Part shown: piece after piece, positions 35,878 through 47,482 of the stretch
How positions within the stretch are numbered: position 1 is the first letter of the stretch
Layout: every line of letters starts with the position of its first letter
Assembly (NCBI GenBank): GCA_008632985.1
Contig: QPGO01000092.1
Location: forward strand, 1-64,000
Direction: 5' to 3'
DNA: 64,000 bases
DNA from: Psammoneis japonica
Taxonomy: Eukaryota
Notes under the pieces: model-generated
The model's database searches: none
The model's input: only the letters and a program-made list of their open reading frames with translations
Told to the model about the DNA's origin: nothing
Position numbers and translations under genes: made by a program

Positions 35878-36325
35878 CTACTCGATAGCATCCAAAATGG
35901 CCTTCAACCCAATCCACCCAACACCGTGTCCGAGCACTTGAGCAGCCAGGTGAATACCAGTGCCGCATGCCGGGTCAACTTCAATGGATTCCAGTCCGTG
36001 AAGACATGTCAGGACGACTGAACCAAGAATCATTAATTGGGCTAGTACCGAATTTGCTCCTCTCAAAGCATAAAAGATGTAAAGGGATCCAAGAACCACG
36101 GCGTTTTCCGTGTGTTTGCGATTGGCAGTCTTGGCTCGGACAGAAAAATCATGGATCCATTTTCCCAAACCTGCACCTGTCTGCCGATGAGGCGGAATGA
36201 TTCCAGTAAGCACGGACGAGAGCGACGCAGAAGTCGCGAGTAGGTATCAAAGAAGTAAGTCCTAAACCTGTCAGTCCACAAAAGACAAACGTAATGTCGT
36301 CCTTGTAAGAGGATGCTGCAGCCAT
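35878..36325 (-). CDS. Small membrane protein (possibly MAPEG-like), one apparent frameshift
   Basis: MAAASSYKDD... from 36325 joins ORF 35878-36213 by a 1-base shift; RAKTANRKHTEN followed by hydrophobic helices. Confidence 0.4.
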
Positions 36326-36649
36326 GTTGTTGCGAACAGAAAAGGACGTGCTGTTGAGACAATAAAATCAATAGATCGTCACTGTCACGATTTCAGGCCT
36401 ATGTCGAATTGTAGCGACAGGATCGGTCACGGTCAATCAGAGTACACGGCGTGATCAAAGGGAGATGTTAGTTACGGGTACATTTGCCCATTGTGCGTTC
36501 TCCGTTTCCAGTTTCTACCTGCAACGGTAACTTTTGAAATGTTGGAAACCCGGATGTACGGCACCAACTGTATCGACGCACGGACGCCGTCAAACAAAAA
36601 GAAACTAAAGCAAGAAAGCGCTCACAACATGCTGTATGATAGCACCGCC

Positions 36650-37522
36650 ATGATGATTGACTCTTCGTTCCTCTCGGTGCTGCTCTTGTTCGCTACAGTG
36701 TCCTTAACTGCTCATGCAGCTCATTCTCGTCGTCGTCCGACCGTAGTGGTTCGACAAGCGGAGCCTCGATATGATCGATCCATTACAACTTTTAGTGCCA
36801 ACGGGCGATTGCAACAGATTGAATACGGGATGGAGGCATCGAAACGGGGAGAAACAATAGCGGCCTTTTGCAACAGTGATGACGCGGTTATTGTCACGGT
36901 TGCATCGTCATCCAAGGTGTATCGATTGGACAATCACGTATACCTCTTTACCTGTGGTTTGGTGGGCGACGGCCGTGCTCTGGCGAGCGCGCTGCGAACC
37001 GAGTGCCAGCGATTTCGTCTCTCCAATGGGCAAGCACCAACGGTTCGAAATGTGGCTCGTGCTGCTGCACAAATACAACATGATTTGACACGAACCGGTG
37101 GAAGCAGACCGTTAGGGCTCACGGCAATGGTTGTAGGCATTGACGAGATTGGTGAACTTCAGCCTCGATTGTTTCAGACGGACCCTGGAGGGATTGTGGA
37201 GGAATGTCGGTATTGTGCAGCTGGCAAAGGGCGAGACATGGCAATGGAATGTTTAAAAGACGTAGAAGCACAGTGGTTGAGCAGTAAAGACAACGAAGCG
37301 ACTAGAGACTCAACTGTGGGAGATTTAGCACACGAAATGGCTTTGGCAGGCATCAAGGCAACAACGTCCGTCCTGCAAGAAATCAAGGAGCAAGATACGC
37401 CCAAGGCAGTAGACGTTTGGATTCTACAACCTGATAAAGGACACAGAGGGAACACAAGAGCCGTGTGCATAAAGAACGTGACTGCCGAAAATATTGACGA
37501 GTTGCGAGAAAGCCTCGAGTAG
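36650..37522 (+). CDS. 20S proteasome alpha-type subunit with N-terminal signal peptide (probably periplastid-targeted)
   Basis: Alpha signature YDRSITTFSANGRLQQIEYG; GLVGDGRAL; RPLGL; LFQTDPGG; preceded by FLSVLLLFATVSLTAHA. Confidence 0.85.
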   Translation: MMIDSSFLSVLLLFATVSLTAHAAHSRRRPTVVVRQAEPRYDRSITTFSANGRLQQIEYGMEASKRGETIAAFCNSDDAVIVTVASSSKVYRLDNHVYLFTCGLVGDGRALASALRTECQRFRLSNGQAPTVRNVARAAAQIQHDLTRTGGSRPLGLTAMVVGIDEIGELQPRLFQTDPGGIVEECRYCAAGKGRDMAMECLKDVEAQWLSSKDNEATRDSTVGDLAHEMALAGIKATTSVLQEIKEQDTPKAVDVWILQPDKGHRGNTRAVCIKNVTAENIDELRESLE

Positions 37523-38064
37523 GACAGAAAGAGAGTTTTGTCATTAACAGAAAGAGCTTTAAACGTTACTGTCAAATGCGGTGTTTGTGCAAAAAATCTT
37601 TCAAAGCAGGTGCTTTCCATTTACCGCTGATTCGATGATACGGTGCTTCTTCTGAGTATTGTGCACCGGCTGTTTGTTGTGTTTGGTGCCAGGGGTTTCA
37701 AAGCATGAGTGCCGGCAAAAGAGAGAGATGGAGTCCTTCTAAATCATTTATGTCGATTATCCTACTGTACCTATTTGTTTGCCAAAACGAATCCTCGTTG
37801 AATGCCTCAAAGTCAAAAGTTGTGAGTGTCATCGCCGTTCGAGTCGCCCAGAGGTTCACGAAATTTGCATCCAACGCACAAAAACGTCAATATTTGTATT
37901 CGACCACGATTAACACATTAAATGCCGGTACTCCGACTCACAATTTCGAAATTTCCTAAATCATTGCGTTGCTTGTCGATTGAATGGCACATTGCGTGAG
38001 CATCCACAAAAGCACAAAGCAATCTAAAGGTGCAGGTGTTCCTGTTTTTGTGATCATTCAAAGG

Positions 38065-39439
38065 ATGCTACAATTCGCAGTAGTGTTCTTCGTCGCGATC
38101 TTTTCACTCTCGAAGGTACTAGTTGAGGTACGTGGTTTTGCCTCTCGAAAATCACCTTCTGCGCACGAACTAATTGCTCTTTTTTCACGTGACCGACAGG
38201 GCAAATGTATCGACTATCCATTAGGCTCAAACGCTTCGAAACTAACGCTTGGGGGGTCGAGTTGTGCCTGGTATGCTGCTGAGGAGCAAAGATGCAGTAG
38301 CTATGGGAGATCCGTCTGGACAATGGATACACCGCCAATTATACATGTTGGTGGGTGCACATTTGCATCTCTCTTGGAAAAGACAGACTTCCTTACTTTC
38401 CAAAATAGCCCACTCACTCTTTCGAGGCACCTTTTCTTGCAATTTTCTCACAGCGTTTGTGGAGGTGGATTGAGCAGCCTTGAAAAATTTTATGCCTTGG
38501 CGGACACTCCATACAACATTGATCAACGATATTGCCTTCAGACTCAGTTGAGGGACATCGATCTCGCTTTGTCTGGTGCTTCGTTCGTTGCTCACATGGG
38601 TGACATCAAGAGGGGCAGACGAGTTGCATGTGACGAAGCAGCGTATAGGGATGTTGCTGATATTTTCTTCAATGCAACCAACGCGGCTAATTACGATCCA
38701 AGAGACGTGTTTATTGTGCCTGGTGACAATGAATGGTACGTACTAATACAAGGCAATAGGTTTGGCACCATGAATCTGTTCCTCAACATCCTTTCTCTTC
38801 AGGACCGATTGTAGTAACCGAACCGATGCGTGGGACAAGTGGACACGCCACTTTGGAGCTGATAGCCCTTATGGATTTGGAACCTTTTCCTCCAATAACG
38901 TGACAGTCAATCGACAAACTAACAGAACAGAAAACTTTGCCTTTTTCATGAATCATGTTGCCTTTATCGGTCTAAATATTGTCGGAGGTCAGGTCGTAGG
39001 CGACGAAAGCGTGCGTCTTGTCGACTGTTTTCAATGGGTGCGAGACCAGCTTTCCCTTTTCTCTGATCCAGCATTCGATATGAGGGCAGCAGTGATATTT
39101 GGTCACGCAAGATTCAGCGGTGCAAGAAGAATTCACTTTGGGATACCATTTGAATCGTTGCTAAACACGACGTACCCCGAGCTTCCTGTATTGTACATAC
39201 ACGGAGACGAGCACAGATTCAGCCTGTCATATCCATATCCATCTGCACCCAAGTTTATTGACCTGAGCGTTGACAACGGTTGGTCATCGCCACCGTTGGT
39301 TGTATCAGTATTACATCATAACCACAACCGCACTATAGAATTCGATATCGATGATCAAGGAGGCGCGTATGGAAATACGGCTTTGCTCTCGTGCCCTTTG
39401 GGGGACAGAGAGCCCACCTGGAGATCTGTAGCTGTTTAA
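38065..39439 (+). CDS. Secreted calcineurin-like metallophosphoesterase, paralog 1 (spliced)
   Basis: ADTPY, HMGDIK, PGDNEW, FGH and IHGDEH metal-binding motifs; signal peptide; GT donors near 38128 and 38737. Confidence 0.75.
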
Positions 39440-39535
39440 AAAGCAAAGTAGATTAGAAGAATATCATTATACAGTTATATAATATGAATGCTCTAGCTGT
39501 ACAACCAAAGCTCTAAACGGGGTGACGTTGCAGGC

Positions 39536-40165
39536 CTACAACTTCCTCTTGTGCCTTCTTACGGCTTCGCAAATCTCGCAGCTTGCATCTTTACAGCGCC
39601 GGTAGTGACACAACACATACTTGCTGCTGGAACAATGTGCAACGCTGCAATTTGGATCCTTACATTTTATGACGTGATGCCACAGGGTCTTCATTGCCTG
39701 GCACTTCGGAGAGAAAGCACAGCAACCGCCTTGTTCCTTGCAAACTGAGGCGTGCCATAAAAGAAGCAGACGCTGCTGCTTCTTCTTCGTTTCTTGAGAT
39801 TTGGAGACTGGCAATCTAATGATTCCATCAGAAAAATTGAACCCGTCTCGAAATCCACGATCCAGGTCGCTGGACTCGCTGTTGCCGTTCAAATACTGCA
39901 TGCGATCGTTGCTAGCCTTGCTAGCACAGAAGCTTAATTTTGGGATTCGTTTGCTTCGACTGAGTTCACCCCGTTGCTTCTCGTAGTCATCAATTCCCAG
40001 CTCTGTTGCCTGTCCTTGTTGATAACCACGCATCAGTGATTGGTCACCACAATCATACTGCCGTACGTTTACCTTGGAGAATTTGACAGTCTTTAGCCGC
40101 TTAGGAATGTGGCTTTCGTCGGCACTATAAGAGACGTGAAGCAGCTTGTTCGGTGGCGCTGTCAT
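39536..40165 (-). CDS. TAZ zinc-finger protein
   Basis: QQRLLLLWHASVC...C..MKTLWHHVIKCKDPNCSVAHCSSSKYVLCHYRRCKDASCEIC. Confidence 0.85.
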   Translation of the reverse strand: MTAPPNKLLHVSYSADESHIPKRLKTVKFSKVNVRQYDCGDQSLMRGYQQGQATELGIDDYEKQRGELSRSKRIPKLSFCASKASNDRMQYLNGNSESSDLDRGFRDGFNFSDGIIRLPVSKSQETKKKQQRLLLLWHASVCKEQGGCCAFSPKCQAMKTLWHHVIKCKDPNCSVAHCSSSKYVLCHYRRCKDASCEICEAVRRHKRKL

Positions 40166-41218
40166 TTTCTGATGCCAGATACCAAACCGGTACGCCTTTG
40201 TCGTGCTACGCTAAATGCGATTTTGGTGTGGATGATGCAGAAGTGAGGTGTGAGGTTCGAAACAGTGCGTTGATGGTGTGGGATTTGTGCCCTCGCCGAT
40301 GCATTATCGGCAGGAAATCGATCATCACGAAGGGACATTTTGGGATTTCCGATTAGACAAGACCACCATAAGTCTCAACAACTGTGACAAAACGGATATT
40401 GTGTTGAGCATAAAAGTTATGTGGAATAGACATATTGTTGGCTTTCCGATTCTCACCAGACATTCAAAAAGCACTTCAAGACACATAAGAACAGATTAAT
40501 CTGGAATCTACGACTAAAATTATGTTTAAGAATGAAAATGACTGAAATGATCAATACCTAGATGACATGTGGAAAAGACAAGTTGTTGGGTTTCCTCTCC
40601 TCAGCAAACACAATACGACCGATAAATCTGAAATCTACGACTAAAATAAAGGTCCTAAGTAAAATTGGCATTGATCTCATGCGGACATTGACATTGGTCG
40701 TGGAATATCACAACGTCATCACTATCGTCCACTGTACTGTACCGGTAGTATAGTAGTACCGTGCCGTACACTATAACTTCTCTAATAGCTCTAGCTAGAG
40801 AGAGTAGGAATAGGTTTTCCTAGAGCGAGAGAGAGGGCTACCGCACTCTACTCTCTAGCTCTAGAGGGCCCTAGTAGCTAGTAGAGTAGAGAGTAGGGCC
40901 CTAGAGATAGGGAGTCACCAAGCAGACCAAAAATATGGAAGTTAAGAGAAAGAGACAAGAGACACTGTCTCAAGGCTTTCTAATGCCTTGCTTAGCCGGT
41001 AAGTGCTGTAGCCTGTGAGCGAACCAGACACAAATTCTGTTCCGACTAGCCACATCTACAGTAATTGATAGAATTACGCGCGAACCCAGAGTGCTCTACC
41101 GAAAAATAATCCGCTCGCAATTTTGTACGTCCACTGCTGCTGCTACTGCCATGGAATCTCAGTGGTTGGTTCATTCGTGATCCGAAGAGAAGTTTGCAAA
41201 ACTGCCACTGACAACTTC

Positions 41219-42952
41219 CTATTCTACCATAGACGAAGCTGCATGCGTGGCTTCCAAGACGTGAGAAGTTTGTTCGCACCCAACAATCACTTTTGCAATT
41301 GATTCTTCTCTGAGTAGGAATTGTAGAGCATACTCCTGCAGAGTAAGATTATCTGGAATGTCATATGGAGGACTCTCCTTTCCGCCGTTCTTGAGCAACT
41401 CACGGGTCTTGTGCGCAGTGGCGTATCGAACTGCTTGACCGTGTGCAGAAAAGAAATTCTAAACGAACAAAGCCGAGAATGTAAAAAGCTGAATCAAAGT
41501 AAATAAGAATCGCAGTTGCACGGAAAGCTACTCACCTGCAATACAGAAGCACTCTCATCGTCTAGTTCCTCGAATGTGTCATGAATAAGGGGAATGATGC
41601 GAGTGTAGAGCTCGTGTTCGTAGGCGGCAAAACTTGTAATCTCGTCGAGCCCAACATCCAGGTCGTGAATCATGGAATGCAAGAGTTTGCATCCGTCTAA
41701 CGTTTCACGTTCTTCCATCGACAGTTTTCGTTCCTGCTGTGCTTCCAAAATTTCAGTTGCGTCGAAATGTCCCATGGCTGCATTGAGAGCCATACCGTAT
41801 CCTGGAGGTGGGCCCTCCATTTCGTGCGTCCAAATAGTTTCATTGTTTGAGGACCCCGCGACTGGTAAGGAATAGTCCAGCAGATTTAAGGGATGATCTG
41901 TACCCATTCCACCTTGAGAATAACATGTCAGGGGACGCATGGCGTAAACGTTGATACCAGAACTGAAATCACTCGATTCCTTTACATGCGCAGCGACATC
42001 TCGTGCCACCAAAAAGCCATTGGCCTCCAAGAGATTCACTGGCAGCTGCAACGTCGTCAAGCCTGAAGCTGAAGTCGAACCATGAACAGATTCAGAAGCA
42101 CGAGTCGCGGCATCCAACACGGTCTTGCAGGACAAATGGTACGGATGTTTCTCTGGTAGAGCTAAACCGTTGCTGCAAACACCAAAGGTTGAAATCTTTC
42201 CGGTTACAACCCCTCTTCTAATCCACAAAAAGCATCCACCATTCGATCCATAACATTATCTTTTCCCTGTACTTCAGGGTTGTGAAGCATGTACACAAGG
42301 TTTATTCTATCAGAATCTTCTTGACGCAGTTGAACGAGCGGTGATTCCTCCAGGCACAGTTCGACATGATCTTTGCTCAAATTGTGCACAACTTTTGCGT
42401 GCGACGATTCTTTATCGTTTTCAAATCCTGTCACGGGATGTTCTTCAATTGTAACATCATGTTGCAGGTGACGTGATTTATCATCCTCCTCGCCACCAAC
42501 AATAGTACGATATCCTAATCGAGCAGTAATTTCAACATGTGCTGGTGGGTTCTCAATTTTTCAATTGCTTGTTTGTAGGCGTCGGTCAAGGCACTCTCCC
42601 CGTCTTGTCCCGCCTCCAAGGTTGTTATTTTGTTTTGCAGTGCAGTCTGAACCACGGCAGCGTATTGAGAGGAGTCCATTCGTGCCCACTTATTCCCCCC
42701 GACACCGAGCTTGCTAAGAAACGAAGAGTTACTACTATTCGATGAAAAATTCTTTTCCATATTTGCTCGAACGAGTTGCTTCATCATTGATAGGTAAAGA
42801 CGTCGGTTGGAGGACATCATGGTCGATTGGTGATACATCAGGGCCCTACCCAAGAAGCTTTTTTTCCAGATCTTCGATGCGCTCCGCGTGCTCCGCGCGC
42901 GAGTTGAGCGACCTACTGGAATTCGGAATCTTAGATTATTGATTGATATCAT
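41219..42952 (-). CDS. Aldo/keto reductase-fold protein (spliced, with apparent frameshifts; start uncertain)
   Basis: SKLGVGG, YMLHNPE, FGVCSNGL, LQLPVNLLE, VYAMRPL and terminal ALQFLL...VIVG distributed over consecutive ORFs. Confidence 0.65.
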
Positions 42953-43070
42953 TCTGTATAAGTCGTATTGAATCTTTTTCCCCGCCCGCCCAAGAGATTT
43001 GAAGATGCGATTGCGGTTCTTTTGCGGGGCATGTTGATGTCAATGTGATTTGTGAGTTTTTCTGTTGACA

Positions 43071-44588
43071 ATGAGTAGTGCCATGAACTCAGAGAACGAC
43101 AATAATTTGAATAAAGTCTTCTTAAGTAGCTCTTGGACTGAGCTGCGTTGGGGCGAAGCGCAGCCGATCAACTTGTTTGGAAGCAGTGCCATAAAGGCCG
43201 AGAACCTAAAGATTGTTTTCGAAAAGAGCAGCGACGACCCCTTGACAGATGAGTATGACTTGACATATAGCGGCCCAATCGACGATGAGACCTTACACGA
43301 TGGAGTGGCTGAAAGGGCAAAGTATGAAAACGACCCTCTCATGGCACTCATCGAAATTTCGTTTTTGCTTGAGGATGAGATTGAGGCAGGGTTGGGAGCA
43401 ACGACAGACATACAACGCTGCTACATTGACTATCTTGCTGTTTCTCTATTTAACAGATCAGAGTCGGGCTCGTTGACTAGAGAAGCTCTCAAGAAATTTC
43501 GCTCAAGCGTCCGTGATGCGACGGAAGAGAGTGGAATCGTTCCGATTGACCCGCCCATCCCTCATCCCTTTTGCCACGGAGAGGTGAAATTTGTGCATTC
43601 GTTTCGAGTACTGAAGGTCTTGGAGGCGACATCACGGCCCAAGGCTATTCGATTGTTCTCTGATGTCGCCGATGGGCAATCAAATCCTGTGTTTCCTGAC
43701 GTGCTTTACAAGGTTGGTGACGATCTCAGGCAAGATCTTTTGATCCTTAGCTCTATCGCCATGTACAATGTGAATTGGAAGATTGCGTGGAACGAGAAGG
43801 AACACGTAAAGGTTTCAGACATTACAACTGTGCCAAAGACTCAGACCTACAGGGTTCTTCCATGGGGACCCCGTGACGGCCTGATTGAGCTAGTTAGTGA
43901 TGTAAGCGACCAGCGAGAATGGGTTGACAACGTTTCTGCTGAGAGTTATTTTTCTTCTGCAGCAGCCGCTGTAACAATTGGTTGGGTCTTGGGGATTGGA
44001 GATCGCCATAAGCGTAATGTACTCTCCACCAGTGACGGAGAAGTGTTCCACATTGACTTTGGCTATGCATTTGGGCTTAGTCCGCCACTTTTGAAAGGAG
44101 CAGCAGTCCCTGTCCCGAATAGCATGTATAAAGATCTCAAGAGTGAAGATCTATGGGATGTATTTGTCGACTTGTGCATGGTTCTCTTTGACGATATTGC
44201 GGCCCGCGTTGACTTTACGTCGAGGGCGGTTGAGGCAATGGCCAAATGATTGGCTATAAAGTGCCGAAAAAATCGACGACTCTCTAGAGGCTTATATTCG
44301 CAACAAACCTCGCCAAAAGGCCGAGAAAAGTTCCACCAGAGTATCCTCAGTGCGCCTTCCTCCGTGACAAATGAACTCAAAGAGTCAGTCGTACCAGTTT
44401 GGTACAGACATGTGAAACGGTTTGAGAAGCATAAACAAGCAGGTTTAGTAGATGTCGCTGGGCACGTAGAGGCCGAAGTTGAAGTTGTTCGCGAGACAGC
44501 AAGCGACGTCAAGAGTGCGGGACAACAACTTCTACCCAATCTGACGATTTGTTGCAGAGAGACTGAGCTCAAACTGCGAAAGGAGTGA
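43071..44588 (+). CDS. Phosphatidylinositol 3-kinase-like catalytic domain protein (C-terminus disrupted by apparent indels near 44245-44320)
   Basis: YKVGDDLRQD, YRVLP..PRDGLIELV, LGIGDRHKRNV, FHIDFGYAFG. Confidence 0.8.
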
Positions 44589-44719
44589 TTGTGGCTTACA
44601 AGCCACCACTTCCAACAGTTCGAGCTCTACCCTAGAGGGGCTCTCTAGTAGTACTCTAGAGTGCAGCTCTAGCTCTATTAGAGAGTACATAGGCCTCTAC
44701 TCTCTAGAGAGAGATTACC

Positions 44720-44771
44720 GTAGACAGATAGATTAGATACATAGATAGATAGATAGTCTAGATAGATAGAT
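44720..44771. repeat. Degenerate (GATA)n tract
   Basis: tagacagatagattagatacatagatagatagatagtctagatagatagat. Confidence 0.8.
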
Positions 44772-45150
44772 CCCACTACAGTAACCGCAGCTCAAACGCC
44801 TGTTCCGTGCTGAAAATCAGTTACCGTACTATGTACCGTATTGTATTTTGGTATGAACTGCATCGACTACAGTATATTTCTCTCGTAGTTTTGTCGTATG
44901 TAGACTTCTGCATAGATTTCAGTATGTACTGGCGTAATCCATTTTTCGCGTTTCGCGGTGCGTGAGCGAGTTCTCTCTGTAGACTCCGTACGAATCCTAC
45001 GTGAAACTCATGGCGAATCATCATCGCAGAAACCACACACAAACACACGCACTTCATTCGATCGCAGTCACCATCGATCACATCGACCCCATTGACTTGG
45101 TTGACTCACTTCATTCAAACTGATCTCGGACCACATCGATCCATCATACC

Positions 45151-46423
45151 ATGAAGATCAAAAGTCCCGGCGGAATTGGAGGCCAAGGCGAGACGAACAA
45201 CGAAGAGGAAGAAAAGCTCTGCCATGACGAGGCTGTTGCTACAGCAGTAGCCCTACAGGCAGAAGTCACTCTTCCTGCTCCTGCTCGTCCAAAAATCAAG
45301 TCGACTAGGATAAATGAGAAGGACTTTGTTCCCGGTGGACAGGGTATTGACGAACCGGGCGAGTTTGATGTACTGAATGGGCGTGGTGCATCAGTTAACG
45401 CGAGCAAGGGCAACCAGCGGTTCAGAGCTCTTTGCTTTCAGCGCAAACCGTACTTTGAAGGAGGAAACCACGCAGCCAAACGGAGGATCGCGACGGAAAT
45501 CGTGGACGCGACCTTTGCAGTGGAAGGCCGTTTCTTAAAAAGAGGGAAAAGGATGGTCCTTGGTTTGAGCTTACAAAGGAAAAGGCTATTCTCAAAGCTT
45601 GTCAGGTAATGCGTGACTTTGAGCGACCTGATCGCGTTGGGCTTCGGGAGATGGCGCGGCAGAACGCAAAGAAGCGAAACCGAGTCAAGCCTCCATCCAC
45701 CCCCATGCCTGACCAGCCGGTAAGTGACTTGTGTTCTTTAGAGCAGACCAAATGCAGTCTGCAACTAATTGTTCTCTTGCCTTTTCTCTTTACGACCCAA
45801 AAGCTACCCCCCATGCCAGAGGAATCCGCTTCAGAGAATCCTTTCGGCGTTCACGACCACGACGTCATTTCAGGACGTGGCGCCTTCGTAAATGGACACG
45901 TGGGGAATACCCGTTTCCGTAAGCTGGCATTGGAACGCAAGAGCCAGTTTGAGGCTGGAAACTACTCCGAGAAAAGGGCGCTGGCGACGGAGATTGTCGG
46001 CATTATTCGATCGCTCGAACCGCCTGGTCGCTTCCTGAAACGTGTCAATAAGACTGCAGAAGACTCCAAGGATGGCGAGGACGCATCATACCTGAGGGTT
46101 TGGATGACTCCTGGGAAGAATTGACCGATGACAAGGCCATTCACAAGGCTTGTCAAGTCATGAGGGATATTGATCGTCCTGACCGCGGACCGGATCGGCG
46201 AGCTGCCAAAAAGGCAGCCCACGAAGCCACAACTGTCGCAGAAGTTGTTGCGGCCGCCGAGGCAGCTCTTGACACAGTCGACACAGTCATGGATGGTGTG
46301 ACCGCGGTGCCGCCACCGCAGGCGTCCACAGAAACCCAGGAAGAGACGATGGAGGAGGAAGTCAAGGCAGTGGAAGGGGAGGAGGAAGAAGCGCCAGTTG
46401 TGGAGACTTCTACGGAAATCTAA
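45151..46423 (+). CDS. Protein with two DUF6824 domains (intron ~45720-45803; two apparent frameshifts)
   Basis: DVLNGRGASVNASKGNQRFR...KACQVMRD and DVISGRGAFVNGHVGNTRFR...PPGRFLK...KACQVMRD. Confidence 0.8.
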
Positions 46424-47482
46424 CGAAAGAAGGATGTTTGGTTTGGACTTTCATTGATATCAGAAATGTCACGGTACGGAGCACACGATATGCGTCGATC
46501 TTGCGATTGAAAACTTGTAAGCGCTTCACGTCAGACGAATTTCAGTGGGATTGTTTACCGAAGGATACTCCGTACTCGTATGATGGTACGACTAGGTTCT
46601 GTTTTTTGCATGGTAAAAACTGACAATGCTTCAAGCATATCAGCATATATTAGGTAGTTGTTTGTTGATGGTCGAGACCAGTTACCTTACAGTGTTCCAG
46701 TGCCGAACGCTCTTGTCAGTACCTCTCTCTACTATGGTACTCTGACTTGAGAAGTGAAGCTGAGTGAGAGTAGCACTCCCAAAATGGGCTCTAGCTAGAA
46801 CTCTCTAGGGCCTAAAGTGTAGCCAGTAGAGCATGCCGCTAAGTACTTGCGACTCGAGCTAGAGTAGTAGGGTAGAGACTACCGTACAGTAGAGCAGTAG
46901 AGGGCTAATGCGCGGCTCGTCGTGGCGGCAAAAGCAAGAAGCAAGAAAAAGGTTGAAATTGAGAAGAGACCCGGAAGTTCAATCACTCTCGTCATCACAG
47001 CCCCCCCTGTTTAGGTATTCAATTATTCAATGTTGAGGTTATGTAATGTTCGGGATGACGTAGTCCCTGTAGAAATCTACGATGCATCGGTACGGGAAAA
47101 CAAGAAAGTCGTCGCGACGACCTCACAAAATGCGCGGTCAAGACGGACGACTTGATCATTTTTCTTTCAAAGCAAGTTGACGTTCACACGTTGTGTTACC
47201 GAACGCATAAGCACAAAAGGCAATCGCTAGGAGAGGAAAAGATCATATTCAATTGTAAGTGTCAATTTTCAGCAGACGAAATTCTGAATCCTTCTGATTT
47301 GGTCCAACTCGTTTCCCGCGTTGTCGGAGGGAGGTTTCAGTTTCAGACACGTGAGCTCTTTTGTGACGTCGTGGAATCCTACGCGTGGGTCTCGTATGTA
47401 GTACTCATATTTTCGATTTTTTCGTTGTCACAAATTTCTTTGAAAAATTAGCCTTAACTTGTTTGACGACAGAAAAGATCTC

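Noticed and set aside
493..46423. Recurrent frameshifts in otherwise intact genes (near 1074, 1443, 36215, 42225, 44245, 45545, 46085) as possible programmed frameshifting
   Set aside because: Mostly single-base deletions in short homopolymers across unrelated genes, typical of long-read consensus error; read mapping would settle it.
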